From the NCBI RefSeq assembly GCF_001194135.2, contig NC_068982.1:120670394-120711883 (forward strand): a stretch of 41,490 bases of DNA. The letters are read 5' to 3'. Every line of letters begins with the position of its first letter. Within the stretch, counting starts at the first letter, position 1. The position numbers and the translations under genes are program-made. The notes below the pieces were generated by a model. That model was not told where the DNA came from, made no database searches, and worked only from the letters and a program-made list of their open reading frames with translations. This DNA comes from Octopus bimaculoides (Eukaryota). Below, in pieces: positions 21,470-34,650 of the stretch.

Positions 21470-21715
21470 CATAAAAAACTGGCACACCGTTGGTTACGAC
21501 AATCACAAGTATCCAAAACTTCTTCACCACTCTTCTAACTTCATTTTTCCTCTTAAAAAGAAGGCTTTCGTCTACTTGGACTATATGTCGTACCACTGCT
21601 CGGCTGTCTGTCTGCTAATATTGCTGATGGACATGCAGCATGTCACTGACATTTCACATATAAAGTTCGGGATTATGTGAAAAAGTATGAAAACCGTCAA
21701 TTGACTTTCTTCCAT
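21470..21715 (-). mobile_element. Merlin/IS1016-type transposase fragment
   Basis: IVQVDESLLFKRKNEVRRVVKKFWILVIV matches the Merlin motif +V++DES.F.KRKY..GR....W+FG. It is preceded by RQTAEQWY, similar to the T.+DW+ motif. Confidence 0.6.
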
Positions 21716-22179
21716 AAAAGTATTAAAGAATTATTTGGAAATTATAAAGAGAAACAAATAGTAGATTCGGACTGTCAGTTTTTTAAAACCACGAATTAAA
21801 AAAGAATATTGTGGGGTTGGAAGACTTCTTTTTTTTTTTTTTTGCATAATCATATCAATTCCATTTTGCAGAAGACAGAATCGAAAAATAATTGTAATAA
21901 ATTCGTAAATATACAAAAGCGACTCCATAGAACGTTGGAGTAATGTGGTGCCGACGTGATTGTGGGTAGTCATCCCCATTCAGAACTGGTGGGGCAAACC
22001 CACTTGGGTCGTGATTTCCCAAGTAATTACAGCCATAAGTTATCTTAGGAGGAGGTCCAGTTACCTCGTGTTAACGTCGCAGAACTCTGCTTCGCTCTCA
22101 GATTATATCCACGCATTTCTCTACAGCAAAATCTGTGTCAATGGACGGATAGAGTGATATCACGTCAATACTCCTTACT

Positions 22180-22860
22180 ACACAACCTGTGAGGTCGTTG
22201 GAGCAGTTACACTCATTAACTCTAGGAGTTCTTCAGTGCTCGCATAGACATCCGGGGACATCTCAATGCGCGCTCGTAATATTTGCGAAAGAAAGTAGAG
22301 CAGCTTATAGTTGCTGGAAATATTAACCCCACAAATCGGCCGGGTTGGGGCCCCGTAAAAGGTTTCAGAAGGGTTTACGGTCCTTCTGTAAGCCATAGAG
22401 TGTAGGAACATCGTTGTTGAACGTTAGGAAATATTTTGCGGTTCGTTGTTTAAGTTAGAGTATGTTGCACCACATTCCCATGTGAGCGTTGAGAAGTTTC
22501 TCTACTTTTTCATGTTTTTGTGGTCCCACCTCTCTCGTGTTACTGATGTGTTGTTGCATGGTCTGGACATAATCCTGCAGACTTGTCTGTAAGGAGACAC
22601 ACTATTTCATTGTTCCTAACATGCTGTTTTAATTTTTGTAAGCTTTTAGCCACTGTTGAACCAAGTTAGTCGGCCTCCACCTCAGTATGCTTCCTAGTGG
22701 TCTTATTATATCGATCTAAAATGTATTGAAGTCTACCTCTAAGCTAAAAATTTTTTTGCCTCTGTCCGTATCTTATGGGATGCATGCTCTTTTGTAGAAT
22801 GGTAGTTAGTGGGGTAAAACCTTGTCATGTCATAGGACCTGTCATTGAGGTTATTATAGA
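22180..22860 (-). mobile_element. Penelope-like element fragment (pre-RT and N-terminal RT)
   Basis: Minus strand gives LQKLKQHVRNNEIVCLLTDKS, EKVEKLLNAHMGMWCNIL and GAPTRPICG.....N..L..FLS.IL.....YASTEELL. Confidence 0.6.
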
Positions 22861-22879
22861 AAAGAGATTCTAGGGTGCC

Positions 22880-23280
22880 GTTGTGGTTACTATTGTTGTT
22901 AGCTGTCATTGTTGCTTATTTGCTGCTGTTTTGTGGTCGTTAGTTGTTGTTGTTGTTGTTACTGTCGCTGCCGTTGTTGTTGTGGGTATTGTGGTCGTGG
23001 TGGTTTTAGATGTCTGTATTGTTGTCGGTGTTGTTGCTGGTGGTACTGGTGGCGTTGCGGGCGATGCTGTTTTGATTATTGTTATTGTTGCTGGTGGTGG
23101 CGTTGCGGGCGATGATGTGGTTACTCTCATTGTTGCTGCCGTCGTTAGAATGGAAGATGTCATTGTTATGACGGTTGCTTATTGTTGTTATTGCTTTTGT
23201 TGTTATTATTGTTACTTAAATTGTTGTTGTTGTTGCAGGTATTGTGCTTGCATTGGTTTTGTATGTTCGTGTTGTTGATA
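22880..23280 (+). repeat. Degenerate (GTT)/(GGT)/(GCT) trinucleotide tract
   Basis: Read directly; GGTGGCGTTGCGGGCGATG is duplicated internally. Confidence 0.9.
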
Positions 23281-23477
23281 CCCTAATTTACATCTTATTT
23301 TCATGATTGCTGTTTTCAATCTCACCCAGACAATCAATTCTATTGACCTTCTTACATGTGGCATACTTCGGTCATAATCCTATGATGCATATTTCATCTG
23401 CATCGACTTGTACTGCACTGTATACGTGCTATTTATCTGTATATAGCCGTTAAAGTTAAAGTTGTCCGGTAAGGTAT

Positions 23478-23900
23478 ACACACACACACACACACACACA
23501 CACATAAATATATATACATACATATTATATATACATATATATTATACATATATAACGTGAGAGTTAGGGGTTGGGAGTTCAACCCACTAAGGGATAGTAT
23601 CTATCCAGTATACTGCTGGGAGGGTACCCAATTATTGCTACACTAGTGCTATACTAAGTGCAATCAATGGGAGCGGGTAAAAGTGGAGGTTTTACCCCAA
23701 ATTTGTATAACAATTAGAAAATGGAAGATAATATGCTGAACCCAACTACTTGCAGACGATGTATCCCGTTGAATTCATTAATTTAATTCATAGCAAAAGT
23801 GACCAAAAAAAAGAAAGAAAAAGAAAGAAAGAACCAAAGCACAGGTGTCTATGGCAGACTATGTTATTTTGCCAACCTGGTTTACATATAGAAGTACAAA

Positions 23901-23947
<47 letters not shown>

Positions 23948-24425
23948 GTAGTATATTGCCACTTAAGTGTGGCTGACCCCTAGGGGTGGATGATACTGTT
24001 GCTTTTAGCCCCAGGTGGACATCTCCTCCAGCTGGCTTATCGACACACGACTGTGTCCTGTTTGCCAAGGGAGTTATCCCTCTCACCTCGACCAGCAGCA
24101 CGAACGTATATATATGCATGTATGTATGTATGTTTATATGTATACACACATACAGATACATACATCCACAAACACAAGCATATGTATTGTTTATTTGTTT
24201 ATATGAGAATCAAGTCAACTGTTTGAATAATTAAATCATTGCGTATGCACGTGTTTTTTTTTCATGTGCATGCAAGTGCATGTGCATGCACGTGCATGTA
24301 CATGTGTGTATTTCGTTTTCAGTATGTATAATCACGTGTGCGTAAGTATGAGTCTGTATGTATATATATATATGTGTGTTTGTATATCTGTCAGCACATT
24401 TGTGCGTGCATCATGTGTGCGAATG
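23478..24425 (+). repeat. Cluster of (CA), (TA) and (TATG) microsatellites with unclassified intervening sequence
   Basis: Tracts at about 23478-23555, 23905-23943 and 24105-24425. Confidence 0.85.
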
Positions 24426-25624
24426 CATTCTCATTAAAGCATTTAGACTAAGTAAATTTTCTTTGATATAAGGTCTCATTTGGCTAAAATATTGATATGA
24501 TTGACAACTGTAGAAACGTGATTAGTAAATTGGAGATCCGTAAATAATTGTACAGCAGAGCAAAAGGAAAAAAAAATCTAGTGGGAACCATCACCATTAG
24601 TCCTACACCACACTTAATGCAATTAATTTCATTGAAAACATCATTATGATTTTAATTGCATAACATTCTAATTTTGCAGTTCATTTGACGTATAACCCAA
24701 TTTATTCTTCACTGTTATTTATTTTTCTTTCCCACCTCTCTTCCTCTTTCTCTTTTTCTCTTTCTTCCCCTCTCAAATGCCGTTGTTTATGCTCCTCAGT
24801 CAAGGTCTATAAGTTAAAAGAGAGACGTCGACACTCGAGGTATGTGGATTAAAGATAAGACGGTATATTAATTAACGGGGAATTTTAATGATTAACACGT
24901 GAGTCAAGAATTCTAATCGTCGCATCATTAATGCTACTGCTCTATTGCTGCTGGTGGTACAATTGCTGCTCCACAGAATTCTTGAGTAGAAGTCATTGAA
25001 CTCTTTCAATCAACTTCCTACTTATGGAAACGTTGATACTAAAAGTAGACCAGGCTAACGTAGCATTTAAAGAATGAGCTGTCTGTTAGTTCATTATATA
25101 AATTCAAATTCTGCTTCAAACGGCGGAATTATCGTTTCTTGTTGTTATTGTTGTTGTTCTTATTCTTATTTTTGTTGCTTACCTCCAAGTCAGCTCTCAT
25201 TTAGCAAACCTATGACGAAAGGTGCTCCGAACACGAGCACTCGTATTTGCTTTTAACACACATGAAACCTACTTTCGCTCCCTCTGTCTCTTTTTTTCTT
25301 TTTCGTTTTTGTTTTTTAAGACGCTAGGATGTGATTTGATTGAGATGTGGCGGCTATCTTTAGCAGATCGAAGAAGGATAATGGGAGAATGATTTGGCTG
25401 GAGAGATGGATTTGTTACTGACCGCTGTATTTGTTATAAATAGTTGTAGCTCTATGATAGTTCGAGCTGCTAGAAATAGCAGTCAAAGGCCCTTCAAAAG
25501 CAGAAAGGTCATGACTGTAATATGCTCGAGCGCAGGTCTAGTTCATCAATAACGTTTTGTAGCTGATACAAGTTTTGTTTCCCATCATAATTCCTTTCAC
25601 ATTTAGGATGCTTTGTAGGGATAT

Positions 25625-25700
25625 AAATCCACCCCAGTACTTTATTTTATCGACCTCAGTATGATAAATCTCAATGTTGACCTCAGAAGAATATCTAGCC
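25625..25700 (-). mobile_element. Main-family SINE core remnant
   Basis: CCCCAGTACTTTATTTTATCGACCTCAGTATGATAAA...GTTGACCTCAG matches the minus-strand core. Confidence 0.55.
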
Positions 25701-26762
25701 TGTATCGTACTTGGACATTAAAAGCTCATCAGTAAAAATAAAGCACAATATTTAGTTTGTCTTGGCGAGTAAAAAGTAAACATTTCGGATGCTTTTCTTT
25801 CTTCAGAAAGCGAAACAAATACATTCTAATAGCACGAATAGCAAGCGTACTATAAACATACAGATATGCTTTCTCTCTGCAGAAGGACGCTTGGAATGCC
25901 ACTCTTCTCAAAAGACAAATTATTGTTCCTTTTTTTTTATCTTGGATTTCGAATCTTACCTTGTATTTTATATAAGTTTTCTCGAAAAGCGTAATTCAAG
26001 TGATAAGGAAATTTGGTTTTATTTGAATCAAGTGTACTACTGGGATGGAGAAAGCGAAACAGATGGTGGGAGTAAGGTAGACTGTGACGTGAGTGGGATG
26101 AAACCGTATATCATTGTTGATTTACTGGGGTTTTACATCTCAACAAAGATCACACACTAACTGAATATTTCTTAATTTCCTCTGCAGCGAGAATGTCAAA
26201 ACTGCAACTCTTTTAAATGTTAAAATGATTTGTGTCTTGCATTTGGATATTCAATGTTCAGGGTATTTGCAACATATTTCAGTTTGAGAGTCCGTACTAA
26301 TATATATTCCAGAACAGCCTTAATAAATTATATTAGACAATATAAGCACCAATGTGAGATGAAATAAAAAGCGACAGAAGTCGAAACTGGTAGAAGTGCA
26401 GGCTTGGCTGTGTAGTTAGCAAGTTCGTTTCTATATGATATGAAATAATAGGCCTAAAAAAGAATTAACAAATTCACTTTCCGAACTAAATTCAGTGCGA
26501 AAGAGAGGGAAAGAGAGTAGAAGAAAGAGAAGTAAGCGTGTGAGATCAATGGGCACAAGGGAAAAATTTAAACGTGTTACGCATGTAGCAATAAAAATAT
26601 TTATATGGATTTGTAGCAGAGTTCAAAGTACACAAGTGACAAGTTGCAAATCTTTTGCATTTAAAGAAAATGAAAATAGTTTTAAGAGGGTCAGTTAGTG
26701 TATCAGTGATCAGAATGACAGGGAGAGATAGAGAATACTTAAATTTTCAAAAATAATAATAA

Positions 26763-28672
26763 CACTAGGCAACAAAGATTTCGTAACAAAAGACCAAATA
26801 TGTGTTCCTAGCTAATTTCGGTATGCTGATTTAAAATCTATAAGATTTTTTCTATCGCGTCTAGATAGTATGTAAAATACAAATGACTTTATAAAATTTT
26901 CTATCAGGTCCAGATTTTGGTTTTAATCGTCTTAATGCCTGTAATATGAAACTTGCGTTTCAAGGTTAAAGTAATTTTTGTTTTCCAATTATATAATGTA
27001 TTACGAGTTGGCAAGACTGAGTTAAGAGCATAGTAACGGCCCAACAGTCAGTCACTACCTGACTGTCAAGTAGAAAGGTTGTTCATCTGAAGATTCTGCT
27101 AGTGATATAGAAATAGGGAAAGATGGCATATATGTTCCAGATGCAACTAGTTTCCCACATTTTAAAAGTCAAGCGGATTTGGAATTACCAAAAAACAAAA
27201 AGAAAAAGGCAGAGTTGCTTGGTTTCAGATTTCAAGAATGGAATCTTCTCCAGCCGAACACCAAAGTTTCCCATTTTCGCCATCGGCATCTGCAGTTTCC
27301 ATCATTTTACTTACAGGAGGATAACGTTTGTTTCTATCACGATATCAGTGACCTGAAGGAAGGGATTGGCTTTCGCTATGATCCAAAAGAATGGAGACTG
27401 TTCATGGACTCTAGTAAAGCTAGTCTTAAAGTTATATTACTGCACAACGGCAATGAAAAACCTTCAATACCTGCAGCATATGTCAGTGGCTTTAATGAGA
27501 CTTATGAATCAATGGAACTGCTAAGACTCATCAAATATAAGGACCACATATGTAATATTTGTGGTGAACTTAAAGTTGTATCGTAACTTCTGGGGTTACA
27601 GTTGAGCTACACAGAGTACATGTGCTTTTTGTGTCTGTGAAACAGCAGAGATGACAAGAATCACTATAAAAAATATGATTGGCCAACTAGAACTGAAGTG
27701 TTGTTGACAAATAAAAATGTGTAACACCCAGCATTTATTGACCCTCAGAAAGTACATATTCCACTACTTCACATGAAACGTGGCCTTATGAAAAATTTCG
27801 TGAAGGATATGGATCATCAAGGTAGTGATTTCCAATATTTAAAGGATAAACTCAAATGGATATTGACAGATACTAAGTTAGAAGCTGGGGTTTTCACTGG
27901 ACCACAGATCCACAGTATCATCTACGACTCATTGTTTCCATCTAATCTAAATGAGAATTAACTAGGAGTATGGACATCTTTTGTTGAAGTGATCGAACAT
28001 TTTCTCGGAAACTACAAAGCTGAAAACCACCGTGAATTCGTAGAAAACAATGTTTAAAAGTTTATGAAAATATGGGATGCAGAATGTCTTTGAAAATACA
28101 GTTTTTAGATCCTCATCTCGACTTCTTCCTAGCCAACCTTGGGATGTGAATGACGATCATGGTGAGCGCTTCCACCAACAGATCTCAATTATGGAAACAG
28201 GATACTAAGGTAATTTCAAGTCAAATAGGATGGGAGATTATTGTAGTATTGTTGGTTCCCGCAGAAAGAGAGCTCGTCATCCTACAAGCGACAAAGGAAG
28301 AGGAAACACCAAAGTTTCACATAAGAACAGGAAGTTGCCTTTCGGTAGTAACAACAAAATACTTTTGATAGATTGTTGGGCGGAGGGGTGGTAATTCTGT
28401 TGTCTGTCTTAGGCCGCTAAAAGAAGGAAAACATCCCTGTTCACTAATTAATTTAAGTATGCTTAACATAAAACGTGGCTCGGAAAAGTAGCTGAGATGG
28501 CTTTTGTAATAGAAGCGGGTGAGAAAAACTGAAAAACAAAGAATTTCGGTTACACAAAATCTAGACGTGATACAGAAATTTAGATATCAGATCTGAAATT
28601 AACGTCAGAAATTTGGTAGAAATCAGTAGTCTACGTGTCTGTAACATGGAAGTTGAAATTTGTTGTCCAGTG
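26763..28672 (+). mobile_element. Chapaev3-type (CMC) DNA transposon with both ends, TAA TSD and a pseudogenised, N-terminally deleted transposase (about 27100-28300)
   Basis: KAELLG...EWNLL, EWRLFMDSSKASLKVILLHNGNEKPSIP, LHMKRGLMKNFVK.M, FTGPQI and DDHGERFHQ motifs. Ends are CACTAGGCAACAAA (26763) and TTTGTTGTCCAGTG (28672), with TAA at 26760-26762 and 28673-28675. Confidence 0.85.
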
Positions 28673-28859
28673 TAATATAATTAACGTACTAAAGGAGGTG
28701 TTTTGAATAAATATGTATATCAAAGTCTATATAAAAAAGATACAGCCGTCATTGACAAGCGAATAAGATTTGAAAGCATGAACCATGATTCCACTAATTA
28801 TGTTATGTGACTAAGTAGTCGAGAGCGAGTATAAAAATTTTCATGACAACCACCTCCAG

Positions 28860-29330
28860 GAAGCGAATGCCAGTCATTTCAACTGACTGAAGAAGCTTGT
28901 GATATAGTGCCTTCTTAAGGGCACAACGCGCTGTCCAGTCCAAGAATCAAACTTATGAACATATCGTAAACCGGACACCCTAATCACTATTAAACACCAA
29001 TTTATAATTTACATCTAACGTTTACTTAATTATATACTAATTGGCGAACGAATAGAATCATAGTACAATATAAATTCTCAATAGTTGCTACGATAATAGT
29101 CATGAACCAGAAAAATTCATATCATTGTACGGATACTACCTTCTGTTTGTTTACTTTTTTAATCTAAGTATGGCTATGTGATTATGAAGTTCCTTTTACA
29201 ACTAAATGGATTTGGATTCTGTCTCCGCCTTTGTAGCTTCTTCAACAAGTGTCTTCTATAGCCACGGGTTTACCGAAGATTGTGAGGGAAATTGTGTGGA
29301 AAGTTATCGTACGGGTTGCCGTTTCTAATT
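28860..29330. mobile_element. Two decayed tRNA/CORE-type SINE remnants (about 28860-29000 minus, about 29170-29330 plus)
   Basis: TGGCTATGTGATTATGAAG...CAAGTGTCTTCTATAGCCACGGG parallels 32160-32260. GTGCCTTCTTAAGGGCACAACGCG parallels 34555-34580. Confidence 0.5.
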
Positions 29331-30944
29331 TTGAGTGATTGACTTGATCTGTCACACGATTTACTCCCCATCCTCTCCACCACTACCACCACCAGCTGAC
29401 TTTGGGTCCCTTAAGCAAAGTCATGTAAGCATTAGGGCAAGATGTCCGGTATGAAGTTAACTTCTCTCTTTCTTTTCACCAGTTTTCAAGGCCCTTAAAA
29501 TGATTGTGTATGTGTGACCCTGCTCCTCCCTCCTCAGACTAAGCTACAAAATATAATTCTGTTAGTTATGAACTGATATTGATACATTATTTGTTAGCAC
29601 GTTGGACTGAGTGTTAACTAATATAAATTCTTCTATTTTATATGTTCTATACTACCGACTTAGATTTTTGAGAAGTGTTCATCACTTTTTCAGTAATATT
29701 GATATTGATGATATTCAAGTTGAGCATGTGAGTCAATGTAGGAAACTCGTGCTTAAGTAGATGGGGGATCCAAAAGATTGCTATTTTAGACAGAAGAAAA
29801 ACTGGTCAAGTATTTAGAACAGCGTTTCGCAAATGAGACACAGTGAGAGGTTCACGAGAGAAAGAAAAACAGTTTGGTTGAGAGGGTATGGATAGAGAAG
29901 CAATGCAGCTACTTCATTGAAAAGAACAAATGCGATTGTCATAAAACCAGACGGAACAAAGACAGCAGTATCTGAAATATAAAATTAGCAGCTTGATTTA
30001 TTAAATTTAATTTCTCTCAAATTAGGTTCTCTTGCAGCTCATCCTAACATTACTGACAGACTGCTGATGAAAATATTCCTGAGAAGTTTGCATGAATAGG
30101 AGCAATATTTTTACATAGCAGCCAAGCAAATCTAGAAGGAAACTTTGAAAGAATTCTTGCTTGCGAAAAATTTCCGATTTCTCGTTCTTCGAAAACAGGG
30201 TAGGTGATCAACTCTCGCTTTTTCTGTGGCCAACATAGTCGAACGAAGAGCGGGTTCTATTTGCATGCGACCTGGAATCAATGAAACAGCCTCAAGTCAG
30301 TGTATTTGGAAACGTGACCAGAATTTCAGTACACAATCACTCACGGTTCTTCTCGACTAGTGTAAAGCCTATGTGTATTTCTTATCTACATAGGCTGAAC
30401 AAGATAGCAGTGTTGTTTTGAAAATTTCTGAATCTCTTCATATTATCAGCATGAACTTCTTCCCCTTCTTTGACATCCAGTATCTTTCTTGCGAACTTTT
30501 CGTTCATTGTTGTTAATGGGTGACTGGAATGTCATTTTAAATGCATACTGGAATTGCGTAAAAGTATCGGTTATATTTTACAATGTCAAGATATGTCTTG
30601 TATATTTACTGAGTGATTCATTCAGCACTATGTCAGCCTATGTTAGCTAATACAAGAGTTTATGGATCGCGGATAAATTCAGAATATCACCGAAACATTT
30701 CTGCAATTGTCTCTCTTGTTATTGCCGAAAAACAAAATTGATATTAGTCATTGAATAATATTTTAATCATCTCATATTTACTTATAGTTAGCTTTTTAAT
30801 GCGCTCAACATAAATACTTCAACATAAGCATCAAACACTTCAACATAAATATTTTTCCCATGTGGAAATGATTTCGTATCCAAAAACAAAACCAAATGTT
30901 AATTTAAATGACAATATCCTCCCAAAAATATGTAGACTTATGCA

Positions 30945-31210
30945 TATTGTTGTTGTTGTTGTTCTTCTTCTTCTTCTTGGTGGTAGTGGTGCTCAGGCAG
31001 TGAGTTAGTAGAATGGTTATATGACGGGAAAATTCTCCGTGATATTCTTCCAATTCTATATATCCTCAATTTAAATCCCATTGAGATCAATTTAATTTTT
31101 CATTGCCCTGAGATCGATACATTAAAGTACGAATCTCATACTGAATTTGCTGTTATCGACTGATCCCCTTCTTTAAAATATTACTGGCGTTCTGCTTAAA
31201 TTATACACCG
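30945..31210 (+). mobile_element. (GTT)(CTT)(GGT) microsatellite followed by a decayed A-tail main-family SINE (from about 30998)
   Basis: AGGCAGTGAGTTAGTAGAATGGTTA head, GAGATCGATACATTAAAGTAC core and ATCGACTGATCCCCTTCTTTAAAA tail. Confidence 0.6.
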
Positions 31211-32151
31211 ATCTTGTTCTTCTTCTTGATTTTAGCACTATCAAATATTTGAATTTTTTTCGATCGTACTATATTCAAAGCAATAGCATATATCAGTTCA
31301 GACTTCCTGATTCTCCTTTAACTGTTGTTATTCTTCAAAGAATGGGAGTCGATAGGGGATGTTGCCAACCACTTCAAGTTACCATATAAAAATGTGATCT
31401 AGCGAGGAAGCTTTCAAATAATCGTTCGACCGCCAAGAAATAACAGTCACATTTCCTTCATATTACCACACTATATTAATTAAATGAGGACAGAACATAT
31501 TAAATAATGCAGTCCTACACACTTCTATTCGTTGGTCAGGAGCCATCTCGATCAAGATTGAAAGAATCAATCTTACAACATTTATTTGTTTCAAAATGTA
31601 TTCACATAAATATTTATCAAATATTTGTGTTAAGTATTTCTATCAATTTCCATTTTCACATTTTTTCACTTTTTACCAAATTCAATGTAATTACTACACT
31701 TCTAATTACTTTTGGCTGATGAGACACGACTTCGTAAAAACAGTCCTGTTTATAGATATTAAGAGGGTAAATATTGTAGTTAAATGATAATTAAATATTA
31801 TGAAAAAATTGGTGTATTTTATTTCATTAACGAGATAATAGCATTTTAACAAAGGAACAGGAAACCAATAAACTACTTTTCAATGTTAAAAAAATATATT
31901 TGTTTTTTTTTTTCTTAAATATTGGTTTAGTAAGGAGCATGACAATTTTCATGTTGAAGTGATAAAATTATCTGACTAAACGAAAGGAAAAGAATGTAAA
32001 TTCTCCGATAGAATTCTTTAAAATTTTAAGGGTAAAAGTGGAAAAGATAGGTTTTGAAAATATAATTCAAAACGTATTTTTTCATATATTGTTTGCTGGA
32101 ATTAGCAGCGAGACAGCTATAAAAAATGTTTGAAGTAATGCTTGAAGTATA

Positions 32152-32557
32152 GGCGTAGGAGTGGCTGTGTGGTAAGTAGCTTGCTTTCGAACCACATGGT
32201 TCCTGATTCAGTCCCACTGCGTGGCACCTTGGGTAAGTGACTTCTACTATAGCCTCGGGCCGACCAAAGCCTTGTGAGTGGATTTGGGAGACGGAAACAG
32301 AAAGAAGCCCGTCGTATATATGCATATATATATGTATGTACATGCGTGTGTATGTTTGTGTGTCTGTATTTGTCCCCCCAACATCGCTTGACAACCGATG
32401 CTGGTGTGTTTAAATCCCCGTAACTTAGCGGTTCAGCAAAATAGACCGATAGAATAAGTACTAGGCTTACAAAGAATAAGTCCTAGGGTTGATTTGCTCG
32501 ACTAAAGGCGGTGCACCAGCATGGTCACAATCAAATGACTGAAACAAGTAAAGAGTA
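32152..32557 (+). mobile_element. tRNA-derived CORE-type SINE (third family) with internal TA/TG microsatellite
   Basis: A box TGGCTGTGTGG, B-box-like GATTCAGTCCC, CORE-like CACCTTGGGTAAGTGACTT. The 3' part GACCGATAGAATAAGTACTAG...GGTTGATTTGCTCGACT resembles the main-family core. The octopus OR2 family is a known CORE-SINE, but the assignment was not verified. Confidence 0.85.
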
Positions 32558-32656
32558 ATATTACTAATATTTAATGAAATATTTCTGATTCATAACATTG
32601 GTATAAAGCTATTTAATAAACAATTTTAATATCTTACGTGCTATCTCTGGGTTATA

Positions 32657-33800
32657 CGAGGCTTATACCGAAAGTAATGCAAAAATGTGCACAGAACTTT
32701 TAATAAATAATAGTGTAAATCTTCTTCTAAAGTAATTTTCCTTCCTGTTCTTCTTCATTGCAGGCAAAAAATGGGTTTCGAACAGAAAACTACAGCCACT
32801 GAAAACTACAAGTTGAATACGGTGACAAGAGTTGACAAGAGCAATGAATTCAGATGGATGAAGATGTTTAAAGAAAAGGAAACCATTAAAGACAAGTCTT
32901 GCAGTGGGAGACTCGCTTGCAACCACTGACATGAATTACGAATAGTTAGCATGGGATTGAATTGATTGGTGCGGACAGACGAATCACAAACCTTGACCTT
33001 GCTGCACATCTGGACTGTGGTCACAATGCATTACAGAAAATGGAATAAGACATTCAGCATCGGAAAATGTGTGCAAAATGAGTACTTCGGTAGTTGACAC
33101 CTAATTTGAAAGAAAGAAAGAATAGTAGAAGTCTGTTCTGATCTTCTGGGAGCGTTTAAAACCAACTAAGATACGTTTTTATTTTAATATCTGAGGACAA
33201 GGGATGAATTGTAGCCGTATTTTATGATCCAGAAAACTCCCACCATGGAATCTTCTCCAATGCCTAAGAAGTTCAAGAGCCAGCAATGAGTGTGGAAAAG
33301 GGTGGGGACTTTTGTAGGAGTGACAAGGATGTCTTTCTCGAGACACTCAAAAAGCTTAGAAGAGCCATTTGGAAAAATAGACCGAACTTGAAAACTATCC
33401 ATAATCACCTTGACAATGAGTGATCACACACATACACACACATCTTTGGTAACAATCTATGCAGTAGGTTAATTTGACTGGCCATTTGTCCTCCCATCTA
33501 CCGTACAACCCGGGTTTCGTGCCCTCCGACTTCCACTTGATCGATCCATTGAAGAAGTCTTCGGAGGACAACAATTTGACATGAAGTAGTTACAAAAGTG
33601 CACACTGGAATTCTTTCAAAGAGGATTCGAGAACTGGGTTCATCGATGCCGCAAATGCGCCACTTGGGATGGAGATTATATTGAGTAGTATCTTTGAATA
33701 AAGGGGCAGTTACTATACCAACATGTACAGTTTTAATAACCTATGTCAGTTAACAAAAAAAGTGATATCCATGTTTGCATTGTCTTCAACAGAACTGTCG
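32657..33800 (+). mobile_element. Decayed mariner (DD34D-type) DNA transposon, near full length
   Basis: Degenerate 27-bp TIRs (17/27 matching) with TA at 32655-32656 and 33801-33802. Remnants RWMKMFK...KDK..SGR, GDE..V..YDPE, SP.PKKFK, PSDFHL..PLKK and LVHR.RKC...DGDYIE. Confidence 0.82.
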
Positions 33801-34326
33801 TATTTATGTAGACAGGTTTTTTTTTTATAGATTATCAGTAGATGAATGAATCTTTCTATAACTTTCTATACTATAACATCCATGAATCTTTCTATAACTT
33901 TCGAAACTGGCGTGCGGAAGGGATGAAACTATACTCAAACAGACATAACTGGAAGACTTACAACAGATTGAGCTCCACTAAAGAAACTCAAGAGCCAGGT
34001 GATGACGTTAAGCCGGGCAGCAGATTAAGTCTATCATACAGGAACAGGAATGATCATTCTGACCGGCTTTTCCGAAGTTAACGTCTACGAAATTTTACTT
34101 GGCGGCGCCAAACCAGAAAAATCCAAGGCATCATCCAAGCTCACGAAATTCATTGTAAACGTGACCCTCTACATTTCCTATCTATTCACTGTCTATGATT
34201 TTGTTTCTGTAGAAGTCATATTTTTCATTGTGTATTTCTGTGACAGACTTGGCTAACGTGTGGCTGTTGTGCATTTGTTCTCTATCTGTTTGTTTAAGAA
34301 GAATAAGTGAATAAAGGCTTAATAAC

Positions 34327-34650
34327 TGGCACTCTGTCAGTTACAACGACGATGGTACCAGTTGATCCGATCAACGGAACAGCCTGCTCGTGAAATTAAC
34401 ATGCAAGTAGTTGAGCACTCCACAGACACGCGTAGTCTAAACGTAGTTCTCAATGAGATCCAGCGTGACACAGAATGAGACAAGGCTGGCCCTTTGAATT
34501 ACAGATGCTACTCATTTGTGCCAGCTGAGTGGACTGGAGAAATGTGAAATAAAGTGTCTTGCTCAAGGCCACAACGTGCCGCCTGGTATTGAACTCATGA
34601 TCCTACGCTCACGAGCCGAATTCTCTAAACATTAAGCCACGCACATTCAC
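34327..34650 (-). mobile_element. tRNA-derived SINE with CORE-like middle and the same 3' module as the SINE at 6548-6919
   Basis: Head GTGGCTTAATGTTTAG...GAGTTCAATACC, middle CCTTGAGCAAGACACTTTA, and tail GTCTGTGGAGTGCTC...TTGATCGGATCAACTGG...GAGTGCCA. Confidence 0.85.

Noticed and set aside
22883-23278. Mucin-like T/P-rich ORF (minus) and V-rich ORF (plus)
   Set aside because: The sequence is a degenerate GTT/GGT trinucleotide tract, and no convincing splice sites were found.
25320-25520. Short imperfect inverted pair (GCTATCTTTAGCAG / CTGCTAGAAATAGC), also seen near 15770 and 16330
   Set aside because: These are probably fragments of a dispersed repeat. Boundaries and class could not be defined by eye.
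30150-30350. Possible hAT dimerisation-domain remnant on the minus strand
   Set aside because: Only a vague FW...LIP.S.AN pattern that needs frameshifts; too weak without a profile search.
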